Source: Candidatus Saccharimonadota bacterium (lineage in GTDB: Bacteria > Pseudomonadota > Alphaproteobacteria > Rickettsiales > Anaplasmataceae). Taken from it: a stretch of DNA of 32,000 bases. Both the position numbers and the translations under genes were made by a program. This document shows positions 9,262 to 19,147 of the stretch, in pieces. The notes beneath the pieces are model-generated. The model had not been told where the DNA came from. It made no database searches and worked only from the letters and a program-made list of their open reading frames with translations. Location: contig CP085695.1 in the NCBI GenBank assembly GCA_029715105.1, positions 150,001-182,000 of the forward strand, read 5' to 3'. Positions within the stretch are counted from its first letter, which is position 1. Each line of letters begins with the position of its first letter.

Positions 9262-10452
9262 ATGGTTAATATACGTAGCATAAAGAATTGTGATTTTGAT
9301 AATAAGGCTGTTTTAGTTAGAGTTGACTTTAATGTTCCAATAGAAAATGGGAAAATCCGTGATACTACTCGTATTTTGAGGGTGTTGCCTACTATTCAAT
9401 ATCTAGTGAATGCAAATGCAAAAGTTATTATTGCATCCCATTTTGGACGTCCAAAAATTAAAAATAGTAGTTTATCATTGAAAAATATAGTTCTAATTTT
9501 ATTAGAACTTTTGAATAAAGAAGTAAAATTTATTAATGATTGTATTGGCAAAAAAGTATTGGAAGTAATAAATAAGATGGATAGAGGAGATATAGTGTTA
9601 TTAGAGAATTTAAGGTTTTATAAAGAGGAAGAACAAAATGATTTGAGCTTTGCTAAGCAATTGGCATCAATAGCAGATATATATGTAAATGATGCGTTTT
9701 CTTGTTCTCATAGGGCTCATGCTTCTATTTCACGCGTTACAGAATTTTTACCTTCATATGCAGGATTTTGTTTACAAAATGAATTAGAATGTCTTGAAAA
9801 ATTTGTAGCATCATTTAACGGGCCTGTTACTGCAATAGTTAGTGGTACGAAAGTGATAACTAAAGTAAAAATGCTTGTTAAGTTAGTAAAAAGGGTTAAT
9901 TATCTTATTCTTGGAGGTGCAATTGCTAATAATTTTTTGTTATTCAACAGAGTAAATATAGGTAGATCTCTTTTTTATAAAGGAATTGATGATCTTATTT
10001 GTAGAGTTATTGAGACAGCAAGTAGATATAATTGTAAAATAATTATACCAGAGGACGTTTTGGTTGCAGTGAACTTTGATTATGGAACTTGTATTTTAAG
10101 AAATATAGAATCTGTTTTAAGTGATGATACAATTTTAGATATTGGACCTAAGACTTTATCTTTAATAAGTAATATTATATTGAATAGCAAGACTCTTTTA
10201 TGGAATGGTCCTATTGGTGCTTTTGAACATCCAGCTTTTGCAAATGGAACGATAAAGGTAATGAAAGTTGTAAGTGATTTAACTAGTAAAAAGAAGTTAA
10301 CCAGTGTAATAGGAGGTGGAGATATTTTATCTGCAATGAGTATTGCTGGTCTTACTAATGAAAATTTTACATATGTTTCGACCGGTGGGGGTGCATTTTT
10401 AACTTGGGTGAGTGGAGGTGAAATGCCTGGAGTTACAGTGTTACGTAATTAA
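9262..10452 (+). CDS. pgk: Phosphoglycerate kinase
   Basis: 396 aa with RVDFNVP, ASHFGRPK, FEHPAFANGT and STGGGAFL blocks. Confidence 0.96.
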   Translation: MVNIRSIKNCDFDNKAVLVRVDFNVPIENGKIRDTTRILRVLPTIQYLVNANAKVIIASHFGRPKIKNSSLSLKNIVLILLELLNKEVKFINDCIGKKVLEVINKMDRGDIVLLENLRFYKEEEQNDLSFAKQLASIADIYVNDAFSCSHRAHASISRVTEFLPSYAGFCLQNELECLEKFVASFNGPVTAIVSGTKVITKVKMLVKLVKRVNYLILGGAIANNFLLFNRVNIGRSLFYKGIDDLICRVIETASRYNCKIIIPEDVLVAVNFDYGTCILRNIESVLSDDTILDIGPKTLSLISNIILNSKTLLWNGPIGAFEHPAFANGTIKVMKVVSDLTSKKKLTSVIGGGDILSAMSIAGLTNENFTYVSTGGGAFLTWVSGGEMPGVTVLRN

Positions 10453-10482
10453 TATCTTAAAGTGTGCTTTTATTTATGGTTA

Positions 10483-10539
10483 TCTCTTATTCATTAGTAG
10501 AGAAGAGAACAAAGATTCTATTATCTCTTAAATAAGAGA
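10483..10539 (+). repeat. Two consecutive TCTCTT/AAGAGA stem-loops after pgk
   Basis: TCTCTT 10483-10488 pairs with AAGAGA 10503-10508 across a 14-nt loop. TCTCTT 10524-10529 pairs with AAGAGA 10534-10539 across the loop AAAT. They begin 31 nt after the pgk stop, and no U-tract follows. Confidence 0.5.
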
Positions 10540-10540
10540 G

Positions 10541-10745
10541 ATTAAGGGATTAATTATTAGTGGGAGTTTATAAAATTTTGTGTGTTTTATAGAATATGCG
10601 TAGCTATACTAGAATGTTGGTTATAAAAACTTATAAAATAGAAAAGTCTTAATTTTAAAAGAGTAGTTTAATTCAGAACATTAAGGGAGAGATGCACGAA
10701 TGACTGATGGTGAATTGAAAGGTAGAAATAAAAGAAATTAAGGGA
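10541..10745 (+). repeat. ATTAAGGGA 9-mer present three times
   Basis: Exact copies at 10541-10549, 10680-10688 and 10737-10745, in the convergent pgk/pgsA spacer. Confidence 0.5.
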
Positions 10746-10869
10746 AGTAATTGTGAAATGTGAGGATGTTAATAAAGTTTTATAATAAAATAATATAAAA
10801 TAAAATTGAAAAATTAGGTTATCAATTCTTAATTGGTTTGTTGCTATTGTTCTGAAGTGATATTAGAAT

Positions 10870-11415
10870 TTAATTATTGATTCGTTTAATACTAATTAAA
10901 ATATAATTATAGCTTGACCATATAGCCATAATAGCTGCAATCCATAAACAAATTATACCTACGTATTGAATTATTCTGTAGTTATCTATTATTAAAGTTA
11001 TTACTGCAAGCATTTGTAGAAATGTTTTAACTTTTCCTGTTTTATTTACTGGTAAACTGATATTTGTAGCGATTAAAAATTCTCGCAAGCCGGAAATCAA
11101 TATTTCTCTACAAACTATTATTACTGCTGCTATTATCATGTAATCATTGACTTTATGTATATAGATCAACATTATTATTGTTGAAACAACTATTAATTTA
11201 TCTGCAATTGGATCGAATAGTTTGCCAAATTCTGATTGTACTTTCCATGCACGTGCTAAGTAACCATCAAAAAAATCTGTAATGCAAGCAAATATAAAAA
11301 TTGATATTGTTATTAAGTTTGCATACCTACTTTCTAAGTAAAAGCTTAATATTATTACTGGTACCGCAAGTGCACGAGAGATTGTTAATAAATTAGGCAA
11401 GCTTTCCTTAAACAT
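10870..11415 (-). CDS. pgsA: CDP-diacylglycerol--glycerol-3-phosphate 3-phosphatidyltransferase
   Basis: 181 aa, multi-TM. CDP-alcohol phosphatidyltransferase motif DFFDGYLARAWKVQSEFGKLFDPIADK. Confidence 0.9.
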   Translation of the reverse strand: MFKESLPNLLTISRALAVPVIILSFYLESRYANLITISIFIFACITDFFDGYLARAWKVQSEFGKLFDPIADKLIVVSTIIMLIYIHKVNDYMIIAAVIIVCREILISGLREFLIATNISLPVNKTGKVKTFLQMLAVITLIIDNYRIIQYVGIICLWIAAIMAIWSSYNYILISIKRINN

Positions 11416-11543
11416 GCAGTTAAATCTAGTGCGGTATTATAAATTTATACATGAGTAAAACACACTTCACAAGTCAATAGTTTTACAATTGAATTTTTAT
11501 AAAAATTTCTTATTCTAAAAGGAGATTATTAGGTCGAGACATA

Positions 11544-12881
11544 ATGGATAACAATTTAAATTGTATTACAAAACAAAAGGCGCTCAGATATCATAGTGGA
11601 GATGGTAATCCTGGTAAAATATCTATTTTGCCAACAAAGCCATTATCTACTCAATATGATTTATCACTCGCCTATTCTCCTGGAGTTGCAGCTCCATGCC
11701 TTGAAATAGCTAGGAATTCTAATTTAGTATATGATTATACATCAAAGAGTAACTGTATTGCTGTTATTTCAAACGGTACTGCAGTGCTTGGACTCGGGAA
11801 TATTGGCCCTCTTGCCTCGAAACCAGTTATGGAAGGTAAGGCCATTTTATTTAAGCGTTTTGCTGATATTGATGCAATTGATATAGAAGTTGGTACAGAA
11901 AATGTAGAGGATTTTATCAATGCTGTAAAATATCTCGGACCGAGTTGGGGGGGGATAAATTTAGAGGATATAAGATCTCCTGATTGTTTTATAATAGAAG
12001 AACGTCTGAGTAAATTAATGAATATTCCGGTATTTCATGATGATCAACATGGAACTGCAGTTGTTGTTGCAGCTGGAATAGAGAATGCACTTGATATTAC
12101 TGGAAAGAAGTTGGAAAATGTTAAAATTGTTATGAATGGCGCTGGGGCTGCAGGAATTGCGTGTTTAGAAATATTGAGATTTATGGGTGCTAAAAATATA
12201 GTGTTGTGTGATAAACAAGGAGTAATATATAAAGGTCGAAAAGAAGATATGAATGCGTGGAAGGAAAAACATGCAATTAGTACTAAAGAGCGTTCTTTAG
12301 TTGATGTGATAAAAGGTGCTGATATATTTATAGGATTATCTACAAAAGATGTGTTAAGTGAAGAAGTATTAAAAAGTATGAGCAAAGATCCAATTATTTT
12401 TGCCCTTGCTAATCCTGATCCAGAAGTAAAGCCTGAGTTCGCGAAAATTGTGAGACCAGATGCAATAATTGCAACCGGCAGGTCGGATTATAATAATCAA
12501 GTTAATAATGTAATGGGATTTCCTTATATATTTAGGGGAGCACTTGATGTACATGCAACTACGATAAATAATGAGATGAAAATTGCAGCTGCATACGCAA
12601 TAGCAAAACTTGCTCGTGAACCAGTTCCTGATGAGATATTTACAGCTTATAATAGACGTAAAATGAGTTATGGATGTGAGTACATAATACCAACTCCATT
12701 TGATCCCAGATTAATTTCAACGGTTTCTTCTGCGGTCGCAAAAGCTGCAATATATTCTGGTGTTGCTAAAAAGGCAATACGAGATTGGAGTGAGTATGAA
12801 AATCGATTAAAATCCCGTCTTGCAAGTTCTCTTGATACACTAAATCTGATGTTTTCACGAGGATACAATTGTTTAGATTAA
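11544..12881 (+). CDS. maeB: NADP-dependent malic enzyme, short form without the PTA-like C-terminal domain
   Basis: 445 aa. LAYSPGVA, VISNGTAVLGLGNIGPLASKPVMEGKAILFKRFA, FHDDQHGTA, GAGAAG and ANPDPE blocks. The ORF stops shortly after the malic-enzyme domain. Confidence 0.9.
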   Translation: MDNNLNCITKQKALRYHSGDGNPGKISILPTKPLSTQYDLSLAYSPGVAAPCLEIARNSNLVYDYTSKSNCIAVISNGTAVLGLGNIGPLASKPVMEGKAILFKRFADIDAIDIEVGTENVEDFINAVKYLGPSWGGINLEDIRSPDCFIIEERLSKLMNIPVFHDDQHGTAVVVAAGIENALDITGKKLENVKIVMNGAGAAGIACLEILRFMGAKNIVLCDKQGVIYKGRKEDMNAWKEKHAISTKERSLVDVIKGADIFIGLSTKDVLSEEVLKSMSKDPIIFALANPDPEVKPEFAKIVRPDAIIATGRSDYNNQVNNVMGFPYIFRGALDVHATTINNEMKIAAAYAIAKLAREPVPDEIFTAYNRRKMSYGCEYIIPTPFDPRLISTVSSAVAKAAIYSGVAKKAIRDWSEYENRLKSRLASSLDTLNLMFSRGYNCLD

Positions 12882-12883
12882 TT

Positions 12884-12912
12884 TTGAGTTTAAAAAATTA
12901 AAGTTATATAAT
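12884..12912 (+). promoter_or_regulatory. Candidate sigma70-type promoter for grxD
   Basis: TTGAGT (12884-12889), a 17-nt spacer, then TATAAT (12907-12912), about 95 nt upstream of the grxD ATG. AT-rich DNA gives many false -10 boxes. Confidence 0.3.
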
Positions 12913-13007
12913 GATAAGTAGCATAGTTGAAAAGGTTATGTGTAGATAAGTTTATAAAATAATAAGTTATAATTGAAGTTGGTTATTTGGATAATTAGAG
13001 GTAATTT

Positions 13008-13325
13008 ATGGATAGTTTTGAACAAATAAGGAAAGATATAAAAGAGAATGATGTGGTTCTTTACATGAAGGGTACTTCTGATTTTCCTCAGTGTGGGTTT
13101 TCTGGACTTGTTGTATCGATTCTCAAAGATTTAAATATCAAATTTAAATTTGTTGATGTGTTAGAGAGTGATGAAATACGTCAATCCATAAAGAGATTTT
13201 CTAATTGGCCTACAATTCCGCAATTATATATAAAAGGGGATTTTGTTGGTGGTTGCGATATTATTCGTGAGATGTATGAAAGAGGTGAACTGCGTAGTTT
13301 ATTGGAAGAAAAAAAGGTTATATAA
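13008..13325 (+). CDS. grxD: Monothiol glutaredoxin (Grx4/Grx5 family)
   Basis: 105 aa. CGFS active site in FPQCGFSG, plus WPTIPQLYIKGDFVGGCDI. Confidence 0.94.
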   Translation: MDSFEQIRKDIKENDVVLYMKGTSDFPQCGFSGLVVSILKDLNIKFKFVDVLESDEIRQSIKRFSNWPTIPQLYIKGDFVGGCDIIREMYERGELRSLLEEKKVI

Positions 13326-13445
13326 ACAAGGTTTTAGGGGTTGTTGTTTTTAAATTGTTTTGTGTAAAAATTAATCTCTAATGTATATAGTTTTTGTATA
13401 TTTCATAATATTGGGATTCGTTAGTCAATTTGAAGATTTTTAAAA

Positions 13446-15161
13446 ATGCGATCTAATATTAAGCAGTTGTTTTATTATATAAAACCTAGTTTAAATTATT
13501 TTATTGTAGCTTTTATTGCGGTTTTATTTTCAGCCTTAACGATTCTTATTTTTGGTAGAGGTCTAAGTGTAATAGTTGATTCCGGCATAAAAGGCGATTT
13601 TATTATGAAGTTGGCGATTGCATTATTTGTAGTTTTAGTTATTTCTTTTACTGCATTTATCAGGTTGTATTTTATTAATATTGGTAGTGAAAAAGTTGTT
13701 TCGAAAATAAGGTATGATATATATAGTAATATTGTTGATTTGCAGCCAAGTGTTTTTGAAAAAGTTAGTATTCAGGATGTGATTTCAGCATTAATTACTG
13801 ATACATCTGTATTACAGACTATAATAAGTAGCAGTTTACTTACTATATCTAGAAATTTTATAATTCTAGTTGGTAGTGTCGTTATGCTGCTATATACGAA
13901 TTTACATTTAACTATGTGCGCAATTGTGATAATACCTGTGTTATTTATTATTATGGTTTTTATTGGAAGTAAAGTGCGCGATTGTGCGCGCCTAGTTCAT
14001 AGTAAGTTGAGTGAACTTGCATTATTCAGTGAAGAGAGTTTTAGGTCTATAGTAACTATTAAGTCGTTTGTATTAGAGAAAAATGAAAAAGTGCGTTTTA
14101 AAAAGTATTTGAGTTTAGTATCAGTATCATATACAAAGTTAATATTTTTGCGTGCTGTTCTAGTAACTTTGATTATCTTGTTTGTAATAGGTTCACTGAT
14201 TATTTTAATCTTTTTTGGTATTAAAGAGGTTTTAAGTGAAAATATAACTATTGGAGAATTATCATCATTTGTATTTTATTCAGCACTTGTAGCAGGAGCT
14301 ATAAATAACATAAGTGATAATATTAGTGATTTACAACGTGGTTTTGGGATAGTAGAGCGTTTATTTAAGTTTAAGAATATGCAAAATTCTATAGTAAATT
14401 ATGATAGTTCTATGAAGATTTGTAGTATTCAAAAGGGAATTTCGTTCAATAATATAACATTTTCTTATGAATCTCAATCTGATAAGTTTGCATTAAATAA
14501 TGTATCATTTTCTATAGAAGTTGGTCAAACGGTTTCGATCGTTGGACTATCTGGTAGTGGTAAAAGTACGCTTTTAAAACTTTTACTTCGTTTTTATGAT
14601 CCTATTAAAGGTAGCATTACTATTGATGGATATGATATTAAGTCAATTGCATTAAGTAGTCTTAGGTCATTATTTGGTTTAGTGCCGCAAGATTATGTAA
14701 TATTTTCTTGTTCTATAATGGAGAATATATTGCATAGTAAACCAGATGCCGAGTATGAAGAAGTAAGACGGGCAGCTATTAATTCTTATGCTATGGAGTT
14801 TATTGATAAATTACCTGATAAGTTTAATACATTTGTTGGAAAAGGGGGGCTGAAGCTTTCTGAAGGACAGAAGCAACGTATTGTAATAGCAAGAGCCATC
14901 TTAAGAAATCCACAAGTTTTAGTATTAGATGAGGCGACTTCTGCTCTTGATTATAAGAGTGAAGATTTTGTGCAAGAGGCGCTGAGTAAGTTAATGCAAA
15001 ATAGGATAACGATTATAATTACTCATAGGCTATCAACTGTTTTTAAAGCTGATAAAATTATAGTGATTAATCGCGGAGAGGTGGAGGGAATAGGAACTCA
15101 CGAATCTTTAATAAGAGAAAATGGATTATATGCGAAGTTAGTAAAGATGAGGAAGATATAA
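13446..15161 (+). CDS. ABCB-type half-transporter (fused permease and ATPase exporter)
   Basis: 571 aa. The N-terminal half is multi-TM. Walker A GLSGSGKST, signature LSEGQKQR, Walker B VLVLDEATSALD, H-loop ITHRL. The sequence is LDEATSALD rather than EPNSNLD, so it is not a PrtD-type T1SS ATPase. Confidence 0.9.
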   Translation: MRSNIKQLFYYIKPSLNYFIVAFIAVLFSALTILIFGRGLSVIVDSGIKGDFIMKLAIALFVVLVISFTAFIRLYFINIGSEKVVSKIRYDIYSNIVDLQPSVFEKVSIQDVISALITDTSVLQTIISSSLLTISRNFIILVGSVVMLLYTNLHLTMCAIVIIPVLFIIMVFIGSKVRDCARLVHSKLSELALFSEESFRSIVTIKSFVLEKNEKVRFKKYLSLVSVSYTKLIFLRAVLVTLIILFVIGSLIILIFFGIKEVLSENITIGELSSFVFYSALVAGAINNISDNISDLQRGFGIVERLFKFKNMQNSIVNYDSSMKICSIQKGISFNNITFSYESQSDKFALNNVSFSIEVGQTVSIVGLSGSGKSTLLKLLLRFYDPIKGSITIDGYDIKSIALSSLRSLFGLVPQDYVIFSCSIMENILHSKPDAEYEEVRRAAINSYAMEFIDKLPDKFNTFVGKGGLKLSEGQKQRIVIARAILRNPQVLVLDEATSALDYKSEDFVQEALSKLMQNRITIIITHRLSTVFKADKIIVINRGEVEGIGTHESLIRENGLYAKLVKMRKI

Positions 15162-15181
15162 GGAGAAAAGTTTTATTATTT

Positions 15182-15201
15182 TGTATAATTTATATTATAC
15201 A
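15182..15201. repeat. Perfect 8-bp hairpin TGTATAAT-ttat-ATTATACA
   Basis: 15182-15189 pairs with 15194-15201. It starts 21 nt after the stop of the ABC exporter gene. The stem is almost all A/T and no U-tract follows directly. Confidence 0.4.
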
Positions 15202-16074
15202 CAAGAAAGGGGGTTGGTTTTATTGGTTTTTCTATTAATGATAGGAAGTTGTGTTAAATTATGACTATATTTATAGTGTGATAAATAAATTTTGTTTTTG
15301 ATTTTGAATAATTAAAAGACTTAATTATTAAGAATTACTAGTATTTTATTTAATCATTTGATGCAATGTTTTTATCTATTTGGGGTGGGAGCACTTTTTA
15401 TTAATTTAGGATTCTTATAGATTTTTAGTTGTAATAAAAATAGAGTTTTGATGTTTTATTGTTCATCGTTACTATGATTTGTATTCATATATTTTGTTTT
15501 AGTTAGAAGTGATTAAAATATTAAATCATTGATTTTAACTTTCTTTAATTAGAAGGTATGGGTATTTGAGATTACTAAAAAGCTCTCTCTTATTGATGAT
15601 ACTTTATTAAAAGTTTAATTTTCATGGCGGAGTTTAGAATTTAGGTTATTAATTGTATGGGAATTTATTTGGGTATTTTGAAATGTGAAATTGAGTAGGG
15701 TTTTATTATTAATATTTTGTAGAATTTGTATTGAGATATTTAGTGTAAACTTTAGTTGTTAAGAAAGTAGGAATTATAAAATTGGTATATGTTTTATGTT
15801 TTATGTAGATTATTTAAATTTTATTTTGATATTTAAGTTATAAATACTTTTGTCTTAATTAGAAAATTGATATAAAAAGATAGGGAATTTTATATATGAT
15901 AAAGTATAGTAAAGAATATGGGGGGTCATTATATATAATTAAAATTTTTCTATTTAAATAAGGTTATAGAGTTTTATAGTCAAAACAGAGTTTCAGATTT
16001 TAATTAAGAAAGAAGTTTGTTCATCCATTACAAAAAAAAGATATGTATTTTGTTGGTATTGTATTTTGTGACTT

Positions 16075-17133
16075 TTAGTTGTTTGGTAGGTTTCCAGTAA
16101 AGAGTAAAATTCCAGAAATAAGTATTAACCAAATTATTGATATTGGTAGAAATACTTTCCAACTGAGACGCATTAATTGATCATAACGATATCGAGGTAT
16201 TGTTCCTCTAATTAAGATAAATATGGTTAATAATAAAGTTATCTTTAAAATAAACCATATTGAACCTGGAATTTTATATAGAAAATTAAATTCTAAAGGA
16301 GGATACCATCCTCCTAAGAAAAATATTGTCATCATAGCACTTGCCAAGATCATGTTTGCGTATTCTCCTAAGAAAAAAAGGGCAAATGGCATCGATGAAT
16401 ACTCAACATTATACCCAGAAACGAGTTCTGCTTCAGCTTCTGGTAAATCGAATGGATGTCGATTAGTTTCTGCAAGAAGGGAAATAAAAAATATTATTGC
16501 CATAGGTATAAGTAATAAATTAATCCAAAACGGCATACTGTGTTTTATTATAACAATTTCTCCTAGATTTAGTGTGCCAGTTGTGATAACTATTGTGGCA
16601 ATTATTAGTCCTATTGGAACTTCATATGAAATCATTTGAGCAGCTGACCTTATACTACCCAAGAGAGCATAATTAGAGTTACTCGACCAACCAGCGATAA
16701 TAATACCATATACCTCCAAAGAGGATACAGCTAACACATAAAGTACTCCAACATTAATATTTGCTATCGTCTTAGGAAATATTATTTGTTGTCCATTTTC
16801 TATAATTATTTTACTACCGAATGGTATAACTGCCCAAGAGATTAGTGCTAGAATAAAAGTAAGTATTGGAGCTATAACAAATAATATGGAATCTGCCTTG
16901 AGTGGTATTATTGGTTCTTTAGTTAATAGTTTAATTGCATCTGCAAACGGCTGTAATAACCCGAAAGGTCCAACTGTACTGGGACCATGTCTTAGTTGGA
17001 TTGCAGCAATAAGTTTACGTTCAAAATACGTTAAATATGCAACTGAAAATAGTAGTAATACTAAAACAATTAAAGTATTAATTAGTATATCCATAGAAAG
17101 CTTTAGTACAGGCTGCCATTGTTTCTGAAGCAC
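16075..17133 (-). CDS. nuoH: NADH-quinone oxidoreductase subunit H
   Basis: 352 aa, polytopic. [17 protein letters not shown] and PRYRYDQLM blocks. The start is uncertain: ATG 17133 overlaps the nuoG end by 56 nt, while ATG 17094 (MDILINT) overlaps it by 17 nt. Confidence 0.94.
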   Translation of the reverse strand: MLQKQWQPVLKLSMDILINTLIVLVLLLFSVAYLTYFERKLIAAIQLRHGPSTVGPFGLLQPFADAIKLLTKEPIIPLKADSILFVIAPILTFILALISWAVIPFGSKIIIENGQQIIFPKTIANINVGVLYVLAVSSLEVYGIIIAGWSSNSNYALLGSIRSAAQMISYEVPIGLIIATIVITTGTLNLGEIVIIKHSMPFWINLLLIPMAIIFFISLLAETNRHPFDLPEAEAELVSGYNVEYSSMPFALFFLGEYANMILASAMMTIFFLGGWYPPLEFNFLYKIPGSIWFILKITLLLTIFILIRGTIPRYRYDQLMRLSWKVFLPISIIWLILISGILLFTGNLPNN

Positions 17134-19147
17134 GACTTATAGAATCTGTCATGTAGAAATTAAATTTTTTTAATATAAAAGGAGTGTTACTTAGTTTTAT
17201 TTTATCGCAAACAATTGAAGTCCATTTATTTTTTATTACTTGATTAGTGTTTTTAAATTGTAAACCCATAGTATCTAATTTTTTTCTTACGTCAGATAAG
17301 TTTTTGTATTGAGGAGAAAAGCCCAAATATTGAGATAAGTTTTTAATAATTAACCAGTCTTCCATTGCTTCACCAGGTGGAAATGTGGCTAAATTTGTTC
17401 TTTGTACTCGTCCTTCTGTGTTTACATATGTTGCATATTTTTCTATATATGTAGCTCCGGGAAGAATAATATCTGCTATGTGTGCGCCTTTGTCGCCATG
17501 ATGGCCTTGATAGATTATGAATGTATCTTCTAATTTTGGTACATCAATTTCATCTGCACCTAGGAGATAAATAGTTTTTATATTACCGTTTTTTGCTTGT
17601 TTTATGATTTGATTAGTATTATTTGAACTCTCTGTTGGAACAAATCCAATATCTAATCCACCAACTCGTGCTGCAGCTTTGTGTAGTACGTTAAAACCAT
17701 TCCAATCATCTCTTATCATATTAAAATTTTCTGCAATTGTACCAGCTAGGGCTAGAATCGATTCAGAATCATCTCTTATTAATGCATCTTGTCCAATGAT
17801 GAGCATGGGATTTTTAGCGGCGCTTAATAGTTTACAAAATTTATGGTTTCCTTTTACTATATCATGTAGAATATTAGGATTATCCCCTAGATTTTCGACA
17901 TGATATAAATACTTGGTATTTGCGCTAATACTTCCTATAAGAAAATTTCCTTGTAAATACCTTTTCCTTATGCGAGCGTTTATGATTGGTGCTTCTATCT
18001 TAGGATTTGTATTTATAAGAAGACATAAGTCTGCATTTTCTATACCTTGAATAGTAGTATTAAATATGTATGATCCACGATTACTTTGTATAAGATTTGC
18101 ACCGTCTTGTCTACAGTCTATATTTGTTGAACCAAGTTTATGCATCATATCTTTTAGTAAGAGCATAGATTCACAGTCTACTAGGTCACCTGCGATTGCA
18201 GCTATTTTGTTTGGATTTGTATTTTTTAATTTTTCTGCAGCGGCAGTTAATGCTCTATTCCAATCAACTGGGATTAATTTACCGTCTTTTTTTATATATG
18301 GTTTGTCAAGACGTTGTACTTTTAATCCATCGTAAGCAAAACGAGTTTTATCCGATATCCATTCTTCGTTTATTTCTTCGTTAAGTTTTGGTAGTATTCG
18401 CATAATTTCTGGGCCCCGATAGTCAACTCTTATTGCGCTTCCCACAGCATCAAGTACATCTATAGTTTCGCAATGCGATAATTCCCATGGACGCGCCTTA
18501 AAAGAGTAAGGTTTTGAAGTTAGAGCACCTACAGGGCAAAGGTCTATGATATTTCCAGACAGTTCGGAGTTAATATATTTTTTTATATAAGTGCTGATTT
18601 CTATATTTTCTCCTCTACCAATTCTTCCAAGTTCATTTGTACCTGCAATATCAGATAAAAACCTGATACATCTAGTGCAATGTATACATCTATTCATTGC
18701 AGTTTCTATTAATGGTCCAAAGTGTTTTTTTGGTACGGCTCTTTTATATTCACTAAATCTACTAACTCCTCTTCCATAGATTATTGTTATATCTTGCAAG
18801 TCACATTCACCACCTTGATCGCAAATTGGACAATCAAGTGGATGATTAACTAATAAAAATTCTAATACTCCTTCGCGTGCTTTTTTGATTTTTGGAGTGT
18901 TAGTATAAATAATCATATTTTTTGCGATCTGTGTTGTACAGGCAGCTATAGGTTTAGAAAAGCCTTTTACTTCAACTAAACACATTCTACAATTACCAGA
19001 AATTGCTAAACGTTTATGATAACAAAAACGCGGTATTTCAATACCTATTGTTTCACATGCTTGGATTATGGTAAGCCCAGCATCTATTTCATATTCATTA
19101 GAATTAATGGTAATTTTAACAAAGTCTGAAGTTATATTGCTTTCCAT
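17078..19147 (-). CDS. nuoG: NADH-quinone oxidoreductase subunit G
   Basis: 689 aa. 2Fe-2S region [48 protein letters not shown] and CPVGALT cluster ligands. Confidence 0.96.
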   Translation of the reverse strand: MESNITSDFVKITINSNEYEIDAGLTIIQACETIGIEIPRFCYHKRLAISGNCRMCLVEVKGFSKPIAACTTQIAKNMIIYTNTPKIKKAREGVLEFLLVNHPLDCPICDQGGECDLQDITIIYGRGVSRFSEYKRAVPKKHFGPLIETAMNRCIHCTRCIRFLSDIAGTNELGRIGRGENIEISTYIKKYINSELSGNIIDLCPVGALTSKPYSFKARPWELSHCETIDVLDAVGSAIRVDYRGPEIMRILPKLNEEINEEWISDKTRFAYDGLKVQRLDKPYIKKDGKLIPVDWNRALTAAAEKLKNTNPNKIAAIAGDLVDCESMLLLKDMMHKLGSTNIDCRQDGANLIQSNRGSYIFNTTIQGIENADLCLLINTNPKIEAPIINARIRKRYLQGNFLIGSISANTKYLYHVENLGDNPNILHDIVKGNHKFCKLLSAAKNPMLIIGQDALIRDDSESILALAGTIAENFNMIRDDWNGFNVLHKAAARVGGLDIGFVPTESSNNTNQIIKQAKNGNIKTIYLLGADEIDVPKLEDTFIIYQGHHGDKGAHIADIILPGATYIEKYATYVNTEGRVQRTNLATFPPGEAMEDWLIIKNLSQYLGFSPQYKNLSDVRKKLDTMGLQFKNTNQVIKNKWTSIVCDKIKLSNTPFILKKFNFYMTDSISRASETMAACTKAFYGYTN

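Noticed and set aside
15181-15264. 27-codon TTG ORF just after the ABC exporter gene that reads like a lipoprotein signal peptide (..ERGLVLLVFLLMIGSC-VKL-stop).
   Set aside because: T-rich DNA readily yields hydrophobic runs. Only 3 codons follow the Cys, the AAGGAG upstream is 14 nt away, and the downstream sequence is full of stops. At best it is a remnant of a decayed gene, and that cannot be shown from this window.
15162-16074. Possible nuoI pseudogene downstream of nuoH.
   Set aside because: The minus strand shows no spaced Cys-codon ladder (two CxxCxxCxxxCP motifs) and no extended open frame. The first frame after the nuoH stop reads KSQNTIPTKYISFFCNG-stop, which is unlike NuoI.
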